Source of the DNA: Octopus bimaculoides
Lineage: Eukaryota
Direction of reading: 5' to 3'
Assembly: GCF_001194135.2 (NCBI RefSeq)
Contig: NC_068983.1
Span: forward strand, 164,304,957 to 164,368,956
Length of the DNA: 64,000 nucleotides
Shown here: piece after piece, positions 38,213 to 51,030 of the stretch
How positions within the stretch are numbered: the stretch's first letter is position 1
How the letters are laid out: every line of letters begins with the position of its first letter
The notes under the pieces: generated by a model
Told to the model about the DNA's origin: nothing
The model's database searches: none
Seen by the model: only the letters and a program-made list of their open reading frames with translations
Program-made: the position numbers and the translations under genes

Positions 38213-38409
38213 TAGTAGTTAATGGACACATGTGAACACTGCATTGTGGTCATTAATCATTGCGCAGGTGAGACAAATGGTTGGTGTTTATTGCTCAGGT
38301 GAGCTTTTGCATCACATCTAACCAACAGCAGGTGAATATCACCATGTTACCAACAGCTATCAGTAAACGATGCTGTCTTCAAGCTGTAATTTACACAGAC
38401 AAATATAAG

Positions 38410-38442
<33 letters not shown>

Positions 38443-38473
38443 AATAATGATAATAGTAATGATAATAATAATA

Positions 38474-38538
<65 letters not shown>

Positions 38539-38540
38539 CA
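37761..38540. repeat. (GGT)/(GAT)/(TAG)/(AAC)/(AAT)n compound low-complexity field
   Basis: Directly visible; includes a duplicated gcgatagtggtagtggggacaggagc block. Confidence 0.85.
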
Positions 38541-39244
38541 TAAGATTCCTGTAATTGTGATTAATTTAGCCTTCTCACTGTTATAGTTAAAAAATTCAAA
38601 TCAAATTAGGAAAAATCTAAATAAAATCAAAATATAATACCAATAATTTTTAAATAAAATTTTGTGGAAAATTCATTTTATTTATGTGATATATTTATTT
38701 TTGTTTTCTTGTTTTGCAAATTTTATTTCTGAAATTTTATGAAATGAAAATAAATTGGAGAAGAACACCCAGTGCCAAAAGAAGGGGAAAGATTAAAAGG
38801 AGGGAATGGCACTAGAAAAAATCTCAATAGAGTTTTGGCATCTTTGGTGAAAGGAGAATCATGGGTAAAAGATTCGTTTGTTTGTTTGTTTTTGTTTTTT
38901 GTCTTTTGTTTTATTTCTATTCTGGCAAACATTGAGTGATTGTTTCGTAAAAGAAGGGACATTGTGTTTCTCAGCTCAGCAACAACAGTTTATTTTGCCA
39001 AGATTTTATTAGTTGTACAATATCAATATTAATGAGAGCTGGTGCGATTTAGATTCGTTAATGGAGTGTTGATTAAACGATATGATGAATACATGTACGT
39101 ACGTATGTACGTACGTCTGTATGTGTGTAAATATGTGTATGTGCGTGTGTATGTGTATGTGTGTGTATATGCTTGGATGCATGTGTGTATGTGTATATAA
39201 GTATATGATTGCCACACATGTATTCATATATATACATATAGAAG

Positions 39245-39292
<48 letters not shown>

Positions 39293-40399
39293 NNNNNNNN
39301 NNNNNNNNNNNNNNNNNNNNNNNNNNNNNNNNNNNNNNNNNNNNNNNNNNNNNNNNNNNNNNNNNNNNNNNNNNNNNNNNNNNNNNNNNNNNNNNNNNNN
39401 NNNNNNNNNNNNNNNNNNNNNNNNNNNNNNNNNNNNNNNNNNNNNNNNNNNNNNNNNNNNNNNNNNNNNNNNNNNNNNNNNNNNNNNNNNNNNNNNNNNN
39501 NNNNNNNNNNNNNNNNNNNNNNNNNNNNNNNNNNNNNNNNNNNNNNNNNNNNNNNNNNNNNNNNNNNNNNNNNNNNNNNNNNNNNNNNNNNNNNNNNNNN
39601 NNNNNNNNNNNNNNNNNNNNNNNNNNNNNNNNNNNNNNNNNNNNNNNNNNNNNNNNNNNNNNNNNNNNNNATATATATATACATACATACATACATACAT
39701 ATATATATATATAAATATGTATGTATGTATGTGTATATATATACATGCATACACATATTCATATTATTACATCAATTTTACATTAAGGCAATACACATGC
39801 AGGCACACACATGAATACATGCACACACACACATACACACATGCACGGACATGTGCACACACACACACCTGCACATATTTATTACCATCATCGTTTAGCA
39901 TCTCCCTCCAATGTTAGCATGGGTCGGATGGTTTGACAGCAACAAATAAACCAGAAGATCATGCTGAGCCCCAGGGTGTATTTTGGCAATGGTTTCTACC
40001 ACTGGATACCCTTCCTAATTCCAAACCAATTTACAGAGTGTGCTGGGTGCATCGTTTGCCCATTGGTGCAAGTGAGGTCACCTAGTAACTGCAAGACAAA
40101 ACCCATCAACTAAGAGGTGAAGTATCACACTGAGGGATGTGAAAGTCTGACAGAGTGATACACACACACACAGGTCACTTGCTGAAAAGGAGACACATGA
40201 CTTTCCTGGCAGGAAAGAGAGAGAGAGAAAGAATGAAAGAGGGAGAGAGAGAGAGAGAGAAATGAAGGGGGCATATCCTCAAGGCCCCAGGTGAATATCA
40301 GAGAGAGAATAGGGGTCAAAGCAATGGTGCATTATCTTATATATAGCCGTTTATCCTTAGCTTGGTAGGATCTGTAAGGTTCTAGATATGTTGCAGGCA

Positions 40400-40553
40400 A
40401 GGGTATGTGGTTGAGAGGCTCGCTTGGCAACCAAGTGGTGTCAGGTTCAATCCCAGTTGTGTGGCACCTTGGACAAATGTCTTCTGCTATAACCCTGGGC
40501 TGACCAAAGCCTTGTGAGGGGATTTAGCAGATGGGAACTGTGTTGAAGTCCAT

Positions 40554-40584
<31 letters not shown>

Positions 40585-40945
40585 GTATGTATGAATGTAT
40601 ATCTATCTATCTCTCTATTTATCTATCTATCTACATATATATATATATAGATATATATATATATCATTATCATCATCATCATCATTATCATCATCATCAT
40701 CATCATTTAACGTCTGTTTTCCATGCAGGCATGGGTTGGACGGTTTAACCTGGGCTGGTAAGCAGGAACACTGCCCCAGACTCCAGTCTGTTTTGGCATG
40801 GTTTCTATGACTGGATGCCCTTCCTAATGGGTGCTTTTAAGTGCTGCTGGCATGGGTGCCATTTGTGTGACAATGGTATCTGCCACAACTGTGGCTTCAC
40901 TTGACTTGATGGGTCTTCTTCTCAAGCAAGGCATAATGCCAAAAA
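40400..40945. mobile_element. SINE A head (+, 40400-40555) and RTE 3' fragment (-, 40700-40945)
   Basis: Family motifs. Confidence 0.75.
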
Positions 40946-40989
40946 AAATATGTGTGTATATCTATAATACATATTGAACATGGGCAACC

Positions 40990-41256
40990 GTTGTATACTT
41001 TCTTGTCTCAAGGTTCACGGCCAAACGGCTGGATGGATTCGCGTGAAAAATGGCATTCATGTGGAGACAGGTGCATAGATTGGAACGCGAGGGGGTGCAA
41101 ATTACTTCCTGGAAAGTTCCGAGCAGAGGGAAATTACTTCCTGGAAAGTTCCAAGCAGAGGCAAATTACTTCCTGGAAAGTTCCGAGGGGAGGGGCGAAT
41201 TACTTCCTGGAAAGTTCCGAGGGGAGGGGCGAATTACTTCCTGGAAAGTTCCGAGG
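40990..41256 (+). repeat. 32-34-bp minisatellite (attacttcctggaaagttccgag core) inside a probable Helitron-like non-autonomous element
   Basis: Units start at 41101, 41133, 41165, 41199 and 41233 and run into a 755-bp gap. The leader aaacggctggatggattcgcgtgaaaaatggcat resembles HINE-type elements (inference). Confidence 0.75.
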
Positions 41257-42599
41257 NNNNNNNNNNNNNNNNNNNNNNNNNNNNNNNNNNNNNNNNNNNN
41301 NNNNNNNNNNNNNNNNNNNNNNNNNNNNNNNNNNNNNNNNNNNNNNNNNNNNNNNNNNNNNNNNNNNNNNNNNNNNNNNNNNNNNNNNNNNNNNNNNNNN
41401 NNNNNNNNNNNNNNNNNNNNNNNNNNNNNNNNNNNNNNNNNNNNNNNNNNNNNNNNNNNNNNNNNNNNNNNNNNNNNNNNNNNNNNNNNNNNNNNNNNNN
41501 NNNNNNNNNNNNNNNNNNNNNNNNNNNNNNNNNNNNNNNNNNNNNNNNNNNNNNNNNNNNNNNNNNNNNNNNNNNNNNNNNNNNNNNNNNNNNNNNNNNN
41601 NNNNNNNNNNNNNNNNNNNNNNNNNNNNNNNNNNNNNNNNNNNNNNNNNNNNNNNNNNNNNNNNNNNNNNNNNNNNNNNNNNNNNNNNNNNNNNNNNNNN
41701 NNNNNNNNNNNNNNNNNNNNNNNNNNNNNNNNNNNNNNNNNNNNNNNNNNNNNNNNNNNNNNNNNNNNNNNNNNNNNNNNNNNNNNNNNNNNNNNNNNNN
41801 NNNNNNNNNNNNNNNNNNNNNNNNNNNNNNNNNNNNNNNNNNNNNNNNNNNNNNNNNNNNNNNNNNNNNNNNNNNNNNNNNNNNNNNNNNNNNNNNNNNN
41901 NNNNNNNNNNNNNNNNNNNNNNNNNNNNNNNNNNNNNNNNNNNNNNNNNNNNNNNNNNNNNNNNNNNNNNNNNNNNNNNNNNNNNNNNNNNNNNNNNNNN
42001 NNNNNNNNNNNCCACACAGCCATGCTTGCCCCTATTATATAATTGTTATTTCAAAACTTTTCCTCTTCACACATTTCCATCGTTTTGAGTTGCTTTTTCC
42101 TTTTTTTTGAGATTTTTTCTTTGTTTTTCTTTCAACAGTTTCTGAAATCTCTTCTGCAACCAATATTTTTCCAATGACCATGGTGTGGGATGGTGCCATG
42201 GTGTGGAGTAGGGCTACTGAATTGCTACTGTTAGGGCAGGGATGGGTAAAGTGTCTGCTCATTTGCATTATGATATTTAGACATAAAGCAATTCTTCCTG
42301 CCATTCTCCAGAGTTCTGGTCGAAGGTGTTGCGGAAACTGGGGGTTGCTGCACGTTTTGCTGTCTCTGTTTGGCCCTTATTAGATTAGTTTTCTTGCTTT
42401 TGCCAATTTTTTCTTGGAACTGTGTCTAAAAATTCTGTTTGTCCCATTTGGTGTTTAACCAAAGCAAGGTTTACATCAATACAGCTCCGACGAGAGCAAT
42501 ATAAAGTAAAAGCTACCATTGCTCATTGTTGTTGTTCTTACTCTTGCTGTCTTGAAAACTACCCATTAGGCTGTTGTATTTTCACTTATATTTTTTTTA

Positions 42600-43091
42600 C
42601 TCTTTTTACTTGTTTCAGCCATTTGACTGCTGCCATGCTGGAGCACCACCTTAAAGGATGTTAGTAGAGCAAATCAACCCCAGGACTTATTCTTTGTAAG
42701 CCTAGTACTTATTTTATCAGTCTCTTTTTTGCTCAACTGCTAAGTTATGGGGACATAAGCACACCAACATCAGTTTTCAAGTGATGGTGGGGGGGACAAA
42801 CACAAGCACACACACACACACACAAATATATACATATACACATAAAAAACATAACTAGCGGATAAAATTATTAAAGTTAATGAATTTTATCAGTGGCCAA
42901 CAGGTAAAAACCTTTTAGGCAAAATACATTTATAGAGAAATATAATTGTATGGGGCACAATTATACTTCAGGGCACAAAAGCCTTTGTGCCCTTAAGTAT
43001 AGTTGTACCCTATACAATCATATTTCAGTCTGTCTGTCTGTCTGTCAGTCTGTCAGTCTGTCCTTCTCTCTCTCTCTTTATATATATATAT

Positions 43092-43141
<50 letters not shown>

Positions 43142-43285
43142 CAGGCTTCTTCCAGTTTCCAACCACCAAATCCACGCACAAGGCTTTGGTTAGCCCAAGG
43201 CTATAGTAGAAGACACTTGCCCAAGGTGCCATGCAGTGGGAAAGAACCCAGAACCATGTGGTTGGGAAGCAAGCTTCTTACCACA
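42600..43285 (-). mobile_element. SINE family A (tail 42600-42810, head 43140-43285)
   Basis: Family motifs. Confidence 0.8.
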
Positions 43286-43324
43286 TATCCGGCCATAATC
43301 ATTTATTTAAATATTAAAATAAGA

Positions 43325-44010
43325 ATTCCTTCTACTACAGGTACACGGTTTAAAATGTTTGAGGGGAGGGGTTAAGTCAGTAACATCAAACCCAGCCCTC
43401 AACTGGTGATTATTTTATCAACTGCGAAGGGAGTTTGGTGGGATTTGAACCCAGAATATAAAGAGTTACAAAAAAATGTTGCAAGGCATTTTGTCTGATG
43501 CTCTAACAACCCTGCCAGCACTCTGCCTTAAGTATTTAATTAATAATTATTTCTACTCTTAGGAACAAGGCCTTGAAAAGTTTGGGGGAAGGGAGCTAGT
43601 CGATTATATCAACCCCAGTGCGTAACTGGTACTTATTTAATCGACCCCGAACAGATGAAAGGCAAAGTCGCCCTCGATGGAATTTGAACTCAGAACGTAG
43701 CTGCAGACGAAATACCACTACACATTTCACCCAACGTGCTAATGATTCTGCCAGCACTCTGCTTTAAGTATTTAAGTCATAATTCTTTTTACCATAGGTA
43801 CAAGGCCTGAAATTTGGCAGGGTGGGGACTAGTCAATTACATTGACCCCAGTGTTTCACTGGTACTTATTTTATCCACCCCGAAAGGATAAAAGCCGAAG
43901 TTGACCTTGGTGGAATTTGAACTCAGAACATTTCGGCAGATGAAATGCTGCTAGGCATTTCACCCAGCATGCTAACGATTCTGCCAACTTGCAGACTTAA
44001 GTATTTAAGT
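43325..44010 (-). mobile_element. Three head-to-tail SINE family B copies
   Basis: Copies at about 43325-43530, 43550-43765 and 43785-43995, each followed by ttaagtattta. Confidence 0.85.
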
Positions 44011-44193
44011 AATTCTGTTAGGATGATATGAAACTTTAGCAAATGGACAAACAGAGAGGAACATTATAAGTCTGACTTAATTTCTTGGGCCAAAATTTTA
44101 AAGTAGTGTATTTAATTATCGATTGAGCAATACAAAGTGATTCTGCCAAGCTATGGGCTTTCAGCTCCTAATGAACTTTTAGAATTGAAGAGA

Positions 44194-44275
<82 letters not shown>

Positions 44276-44289
44276 AGAATTATACTTTG

Positions 44290-44425
44290 AGTGGCTGGCG
44301 TTAGGATGGGCATCCAGCTGTAGTAGAAACTCTGCAAGATCAGATTGGAGCCTTGGTGCAGCTTTCTGGTTTGCCAGTCCTCAGTCAAATCGTCCAAGGC
44401 GGACATTAAACAATGATGATGATGA
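44290..44425 (+). mobile_element. RTE LINE 3' fragment
   Basis: Canonical tail with an internal deletion. Confidence 0.75.
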
Positions 44426-44954
44426 CCTTGAGACGATAAAAAGCAAAATTGACTTCAGCAGGATTTGAACCCCAATGTAAAGAAAACTGGAATGCTTACT
44501 ACAAAACAGTTTTTCCAATACTTTAATGACTGTCAACTGACTGTGTTGAAAGTAATTCTATTGTAGACGAGAACTGAACTAAAAATCTGAGGAATCATAT
44601 TGACTTACGATCATGTTGTATTAAAAGTATTATCGTAATTAAGGAATGTGACAATCATCCCATTTGTAATTAACGCAAATGGAATGATGCAGAAACCCTC
44701 TCCCCCTATAATGAGCTGACAGATTACCTATGAAGATAAACTTAGACACATTCCAGAACACAACAGTACCCAGGTTTGTTGGGTAGGGTGGGGTGTGGGG
44801 TTTTTATAACATCAAACAGGTTTCAACATGCTTTTTACAATCTGTTTAATTCCTTTTGATACAAGAAAGGAGACTCTTGGTGTAATTCTGAAGTCATTGG
44901 ATATAATAATGCTAAAATAATACTTACTTAATAATAACAACAACAACAATAATA

Positions 44955-45223
44955 ATAATGGTTTCGAATTTTGGCACAAAACCAGCAATTTTGGAGTGCA
45001 AATCAATTACTTTGGCCCTAGGACTCAACTGTTTCTTTTTTTATCAAATCGACCTCGATAGGATGAAAGGCAAAATTAATCTCAGTGGAATTTGAACTCA
45101 GGCTAAAAGAAATGCTGCTTAGCAATTTACCCGACATGCCAATGATTCTGCCAGTTCACTGCCTTAATGATAATAATAATAATAATATTGATAATAATAA
45201 TAATGATAATAATAATAATAATG

Positions 45224-45254
<31 letters not shown>

Positions 45255-45495
45255 TAATAATAATAATAATAATAGTAATGGTTTGAAATTTTGCCACAAA
45301 GGCAGCAATTTTGCGGGGAGAGAATGAGTTGATTACATTGACCCCAGTGTTCAACTGGTATTTAATTTATTGACCCCGAAAGGATGAAAGGCGAAGTTGG
45401 CCTTGGCAGAATTTGAACTCACAATGTAGGGACAGGTGAAATACCGCTAAGTATTTCGTCCAGCGTGCTAACATCTCTGCCAGCTCACTGCCTTT
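44955..45495 (-). mobile_element. Two SINE family B copies separated by (AAT)n
   Basis: Family motifs at 44955-45165 and 45280-45495. Confidence 0.8.
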
Positions 45496-45502
45496 CACTG
45501 CC

Positions 45503-45612
<110 letters not shown>

Positions 45613-45620
45613 CCTTTCTT

Positions 45621-46044
45621 GTGAAGGCACATGGCTCAGTGGTTAGAGCGTTGAGCTTAAGATCGTGAGGTTGTGTGTTCAAATCCTGGACTGGGCTGCA
45701 TGTTGTGTTCTTGAGCAAGACACTTTATATCACGTTGCTCCAGTTCACTCAGCTGTAGAAATGAGTTGCAGCATCACTGGTGCCAAGCTGTATCCTTCCC
45801 TTTGCCTTTCCCTTGGGTAAAATCAGTGGTGTGGAGAGGGAAGGCTGGTATGCATGGGTGACTGCTGGTCTTCCATAAAACAACCTGTGACACCGCAACT
45901 CATTTCTACAGCTGAGTGAAACTGGAGCAACGTGAAATAAAGTGTCTTGCTCAAGAACACAACATGCAGCCCGGTCCGAGAATTGAACTCACGACCTCAT
46001 GATCATAAGCTCGATGCTCTAACCATTGAGCCATGCACCTTCAC
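45621..46044. mobile_element. Inverted pair of CORE-like tRNA SINEs (family E)
   Basis: + copy with A box tggctcagtgg and B box gtgttcaaatcc from 45621; - copy 45887-46044 complementary to 45621-45777. Confidence 0.9.
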
Positions 46045-46289
46045 AGGGACCACTATTCTTTAACAAATAAATTATTCTTATTTTCTTAGATTGCCTTAGC
46101 CATAGAACAACGGGCCATGTCACTGACTTTTCTCAAGGCCCCTGAGACTGTTGACAAGAAAGGAGAAAGTTATTCATAAGTCTTGGAGTAACTGAATACT
46201 CTCTGTTACCCTAAAATATCCTTAATAGAGGGTATCTGCAAAAGGTACCTAAGGGCCAGGTGGCTGCATGAAAACAGGCAAAGGGATAA

Positions 46290-46572
46290 CTCCACCCGCT
46301 ACTCCTGTGCAGGTGGCACATAAAAAGGACACCATTTTGAACGTGGCTGTTGCCAGTACCGCCAGACTGGCTCTCGTGCTGGTGGCATGTAAAAAGCACC
46401 CACTACACTCTCGGAGTGATTGGCATTAGGAAGGGCATCCAGCTGTAGAAACTCTGCCAGATCAGATTGGAGCCTGGTGTAGCCATCTGGTTCACCAGTC
46501 CTCAGTCAAATCGTCCAACCCATGCCAGCATGGAAAGCGGACGTTAATGATGATGATGATGATGATGATGAT
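46290..46572 (+). mobile_element. RTE LINE 3' fragment
   Basis: Canonical 3'UTR and tail. Confidence 0.85.
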
Positions 46573-47094
46573 GTGTATTCCTCCTTTTCTCTTTTTTTTT
46601 TTTAACAAATAAACATTTTGAACTTTGTTTTTCTTGGTTATTTAATGAGATTTCTGCAGCAACAGAGATTTTCTCTTTCACTGTAGAATGTCATGGGTTA
46701 TGTTTTTTTATTGGCAGTTTTTAAGTGGCGCAACTCTCAGAAGCTCTGACTTTAAGTTAAAGAGCTTCAGTCTTGTCATAAATACCACAATTGATTTTGG
46801 TGCTTCTGACCTCCTTTCCATTCTTTTCTGCTTCATAAGTTAATTAGTGACCTCACTAGTGTTAGGTGAAGTATACTCAGTAAACTCTGTAGAGTGGTTG
46901 GCATTAGGAAGGGCCCCCAGTCATAGAAACCCTGCCAGGGTTTGGTGCGGGCCTGCACCTCACTGGATCCTATCAAACTGTCAAATGTATGCCAGCATGG
47001 AAAATAAATGTTAAATGATGACGATGATGATGGTGGTGATGACGGTGAAGATGATGATGATGATGATGATGGTGATGATAGATGTTGATGGTGG

Positions 47095-47125
<31 letters not shown>

Positions 47126-47277
47126 AACGCTGGCTATGTGAACAGAACTCTTGCAATATCATTAAGTTTAAAAATAGACATTGTTGCACAGAGTCAGAAT
47201 CCCTGCAAGCAACAATAAACAGTTATGTCAATCAATTCTAACTAAACGTGAATAAGCATCAATGACACGAGCTTGAG

Positions 47278-47324
<47 letters not shown>

Positions 47325-48369
47325 ATACATACACACACATCACACACACACTTGTGCCTGCACATACATGCTCACTCATGCTCACCCACACAAATACAAA
47401 CACACATGCACACACACACACACACACACACACAGCTGAGTGACAGCACAGCAGTTTTCTATTCAAACTCCCCCCCCCCCCTCCATTATGGAGATCATTA
47501 AATATAAGTGAACAAGGCCCACAATGAAAGTTGCGCATTTCTCTTTTACAAAAACTAAAAAGAAAAAAATCATTATTTTCGCTTGTATTCATCCTCATCT
47601 CAGACATGACTAACGACATACATCACTCTGTGTTCTGCCACAGTAATTGGTTTTTAGATTACACAGTTTTTTTTAAAAATAATTCTTTCATATATTAAAT
47701 TATTCAGTTTATTATATTTATTTATTTATTATAATCATTTTTAATGTTGTTGTTTTGGTTAATGGCAAGTACTTAATGGCCGCTGTATTTGGCAATAAAC
47801 AGTAGCTGGATACAATTGCTACTAATAACAATTGTTGCTACCAACCACCCAACCAACCAGCTAACCAACCAGTTAACCAACTGACTGACTGACCAACCAG
47901 CTTATTCAATACCTGAAAGGTAAGTATTATAGGTAACTTCCCATAGAGGTTTGTAGCATTCATTAATAATTGCCTCATATAAAAGGAGGGGAGTGGCAGA
48001 GACAATGGAGAATTGAAATCAATACTTATAGATTTAGTCTCAAGGGTTTTAAGTTCAAATCTTATTCATGTTTTTTCCCCTTTTGAAGCAGAATATAATC
48101 AGTCTCAGTTTTTGTCCCTTTTCTATAAAGTTTTGGTCACCTGACCATGGAAAAAAAAGCACAAATTAGTTTTTCCATAAACCTCAATGTAGTTACACAC
48201 TTTGTCTGAAATAGCAGCCAAATCACCTAGATATCGTTTTGTACTGTCTTAACATAAGAAGGTCACATTGGAAAGGGTATTTGCGAGTACATTTTTCTTA
48301 GAAAAGAAGTAAGGTTGGTTCCAGCTGGGAATCTCTTCAATTATAGGTGCAGGTATGGCATGCATACAG

Positions 48370-48525
48370 GTGTAGGTGTGTGGTTAAAAGATTTAGTTTC
48401 CAACCACATGATTTCAGGTTCAATCCCACTGTACTGTACTTTGGAGGAATATCTTTTCATATAGCTGCGGGCTGACCAAAGCCTTGTAAACGGATTTGGT
48501 AGATGAAAATTGAAAGAAGCCCATC
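48370..48525 (+). mobile_element. SINE family A head
   Basis: gtgtggttaaaag...aggttcaatcccactg...gaccaaagccttg...aagaagccc. Confidence 0.75.
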
Positions 48526-48548
48526 ATATCTATCTATCTATCTATCTA

Positions 48549-48650
<102 letters not shown>

Positions 48651-48857
48651 GATAGATAGATAAATAGATAGATAGATAGATATGGCAAGAAGAAAATGGA
48701 GGGGTTCAAGAGATGGTATTCATCAACTGTTAGACATTATATTATGTCTATTTATTTACTTTAAACAATTCTAATAATATATATACATGTATAACAGATT
48801 ATGTTTTACATATACAGAAATACCAGTAATTATTAGTATATAGAAAGTAGAACAGTT

Positions 48858-48981
48858 TCTTACAGCTGTTTCAGCCAAGAGGTCACAATACCCCACATGT
48901 TACTTCCATTCCTTCAGTAAACTGTAGTATTTGGTAGATAAGATTACGGTACTTGGGTGTGCCTCTAGGCTTCGTTAGAGA
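48858..48981 (-). ncRNA. Degenerate type I hammerhead with ~90-nt stem II loop
   Basis: TCT CTAACGA AGCC [long loop] GGCT GAA ACAGCTGT A AGA; same stems I and III as 27299-27344; G5A substitution. Confidence 0.6.
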
Positions 48982-49039
48982 GTTTAGAAAGTTCATAAGG
49001 TTAAGTTATAAATATATAAATACATAGACATACACACAC

Positions 49040-49600
49040 TCCTGTCCCACTGTGTGGCACCTTGGGCAAGTGTCTTCTACTATAGCCTTGGGCCGACCAA
49101 AGCCTTGGGGCTGGATTTGGTAGGCAGAAACCGAAAGACCCTTGTATATATATATATATGTATATATATATTCCGTCTTCTGTTGGTTGTTTTTCCTCGC
49201 ATTAGGTACTAAATGTGGTTATTTTGAGAAGTCCATTGTGTGGCGTTATTATTTTCTGTAATAATGCCCTTTATATAAATATATATATATATATATATAT
49301 GTGTTTGAGTGTCTGTGTTTGTCCCCCCCAACATCACTTGACAACTGATGCTGGTGTGTTTATGTCCCCGTAACTTAGCGGTTCAGCATAAGAGACCAAT
49401 AGAATAAGTACTAGGCTTACATAGAATAAGTTCTGGGGTCGATTTGCTTGTCTTTACGTTCTGAGTTCAAATTCTACCGAGGTCGACTTTGCCCTTCCCC
49501 CTGCCAGGGTCCAATAAAATAAATACCAGTTAAACACTGGAACACCATGCAATTGACTTGCTCTCTCCACCAAATTTGCTGGCCTTGTGCCAAACTTAGA
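49040..49600 (+). mobile_element. SINE A (49040-49445) joined directly to a 5'-truncated SINE B (49449-49600)
   Basis: ...gaataagttctggggtcgatttgcttg|tctttacgttctgagttcaaattc... Confidence 0.8.
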
Positions 49601-50624
49601 AGTGAATACTGTAGAAAAGGATGTCGAGGAACCAAATTATAACCAAATTTCCTAGCAAAGGCCAAACTAGTTAACTCCCAATGAAACAAATCCATAAACT
49701 GGCCACAATGACTCGAAGCTATTTTACATGATTTACATTACTAATTCTTCTGGAAAAGGAATGGACATTCCAAATGTTGTTAAGCCATTTTCTGAAGTTA
49801 ATGAGACTAATTCTGACCGAAAGATGTTAATAGCTGCAGACAATCAAGCATTCGATGCTGGAGCCTGTTATTTATAGTTATCACACACCATTCAAAGTTG
49901 GGAATTTGTCCCAAGTTTTTAACAATAGTCTCTGACTTAAGCAGCAAACGCTCAACTTGTTGAATAACAGATTAAGTTGGAAGACTGAGAGAATGGCTCA
50001 ATGGGGATTGTCAAAGAATGAAAGACGAATGGATTATATAGAAGAAGGATGAATAACTTTACTCATTAATTAATGACTAATTAATGACAAATTTGAAAAT
50101 AATTGTTCGTAAACAATTATTCGAAAAACATTTATCCGAATGGAAAATTGTATGAATGAAAATTATTGAAAAGGACAATTATATGAAATGTTAATTATTC
50201 TAAATTTTTATTTTATTTAAACAAAAATAAAATTGAAAATCAAGTACACAAATGATATTTATTTTGAATAATTGTTTTCGAATAATTTTTATGATATGCA
50301 GAAAATAAATGTGAGAGCTTTTAGTTTGCTTTTCTGTCATGGGCCATTTTACAAGTCCTTTTCTTAGGAAAGAAATATTTAGGATAAATACACGCAATGC
50401 ACATGTTGAGTAAAATAATGAGATTTAGTGAAATCAAGGTTTTTGTGGTCTGGAAACCATACATTAGTTGGATTTTTTGGAGGATTCTTGAGAAAAAAAC
50501 TAAAAACCAGCAAGATTAATTTAAATCATTTTCAAATCCATTTTCACAGACACCTGTAATCCATGGTTAAGATTAATTAATCTTATAAAAACCTCATTAT
50601 GTCTGTTGATCCATGCAATTGTTG

Positions 50625-50780
50625 AGTGGTAACCAAGAGATCGGAAAGGTCCACTTGGAAGGCCTCCTCGACAATGGAAAGACGATTTAGTTGAGCAATT
50701 TGGGTTAAGATGGAAAAGAGTGGTCCAGTCGACTGAATTGGAAGCACATTGTGAATAGTGGTGTGTAACAGCATCTGATG
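50625..50780 (+). mobile_element. LINE ORF C-terminal remnant (RTE-like, different family)
   Basis: PRDRKGPLGRPPRQWKDDLVEQFGLRWKRVVQ resembles the GRP..RW.D.L motif of LINE C-termini. Confidence 0.55.
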
Positions 50781-50995
50781 GTCTGGTTGATATTGTGATA
50801 CTGTGATGTCTGTTAACACTAAGTGTAGTATTGAATGATACAGCAATATATTTGATGTGATTGATTTAAAATAGAGCCTTGGTGCAAGGGCTTCTGTCAT
50901 GGTCTAAACTCATAAGAGAGAACGAGATCAGCTTTGCATACTAAAAGCTAAGTTAAAAGCTTTGATGAAAGCTATAGCATAGCTGAAACAACATG

Positions 50996-51030
<35 letters not shown>

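Noticed and set aside
41101-41256. Regular repeats resembling a CRISPR array
   Set aside because: The spacers are about 10 bp and near-identical, so it is a minisatellite; eukaryotic context with no cas genes.
42230-42425. Minus-strand 64-codon frame TQFQEKIGKSKK...YPSLP*
   Set aside because: Poor acceptor, no recognisable family, and the length is within chance expectation.
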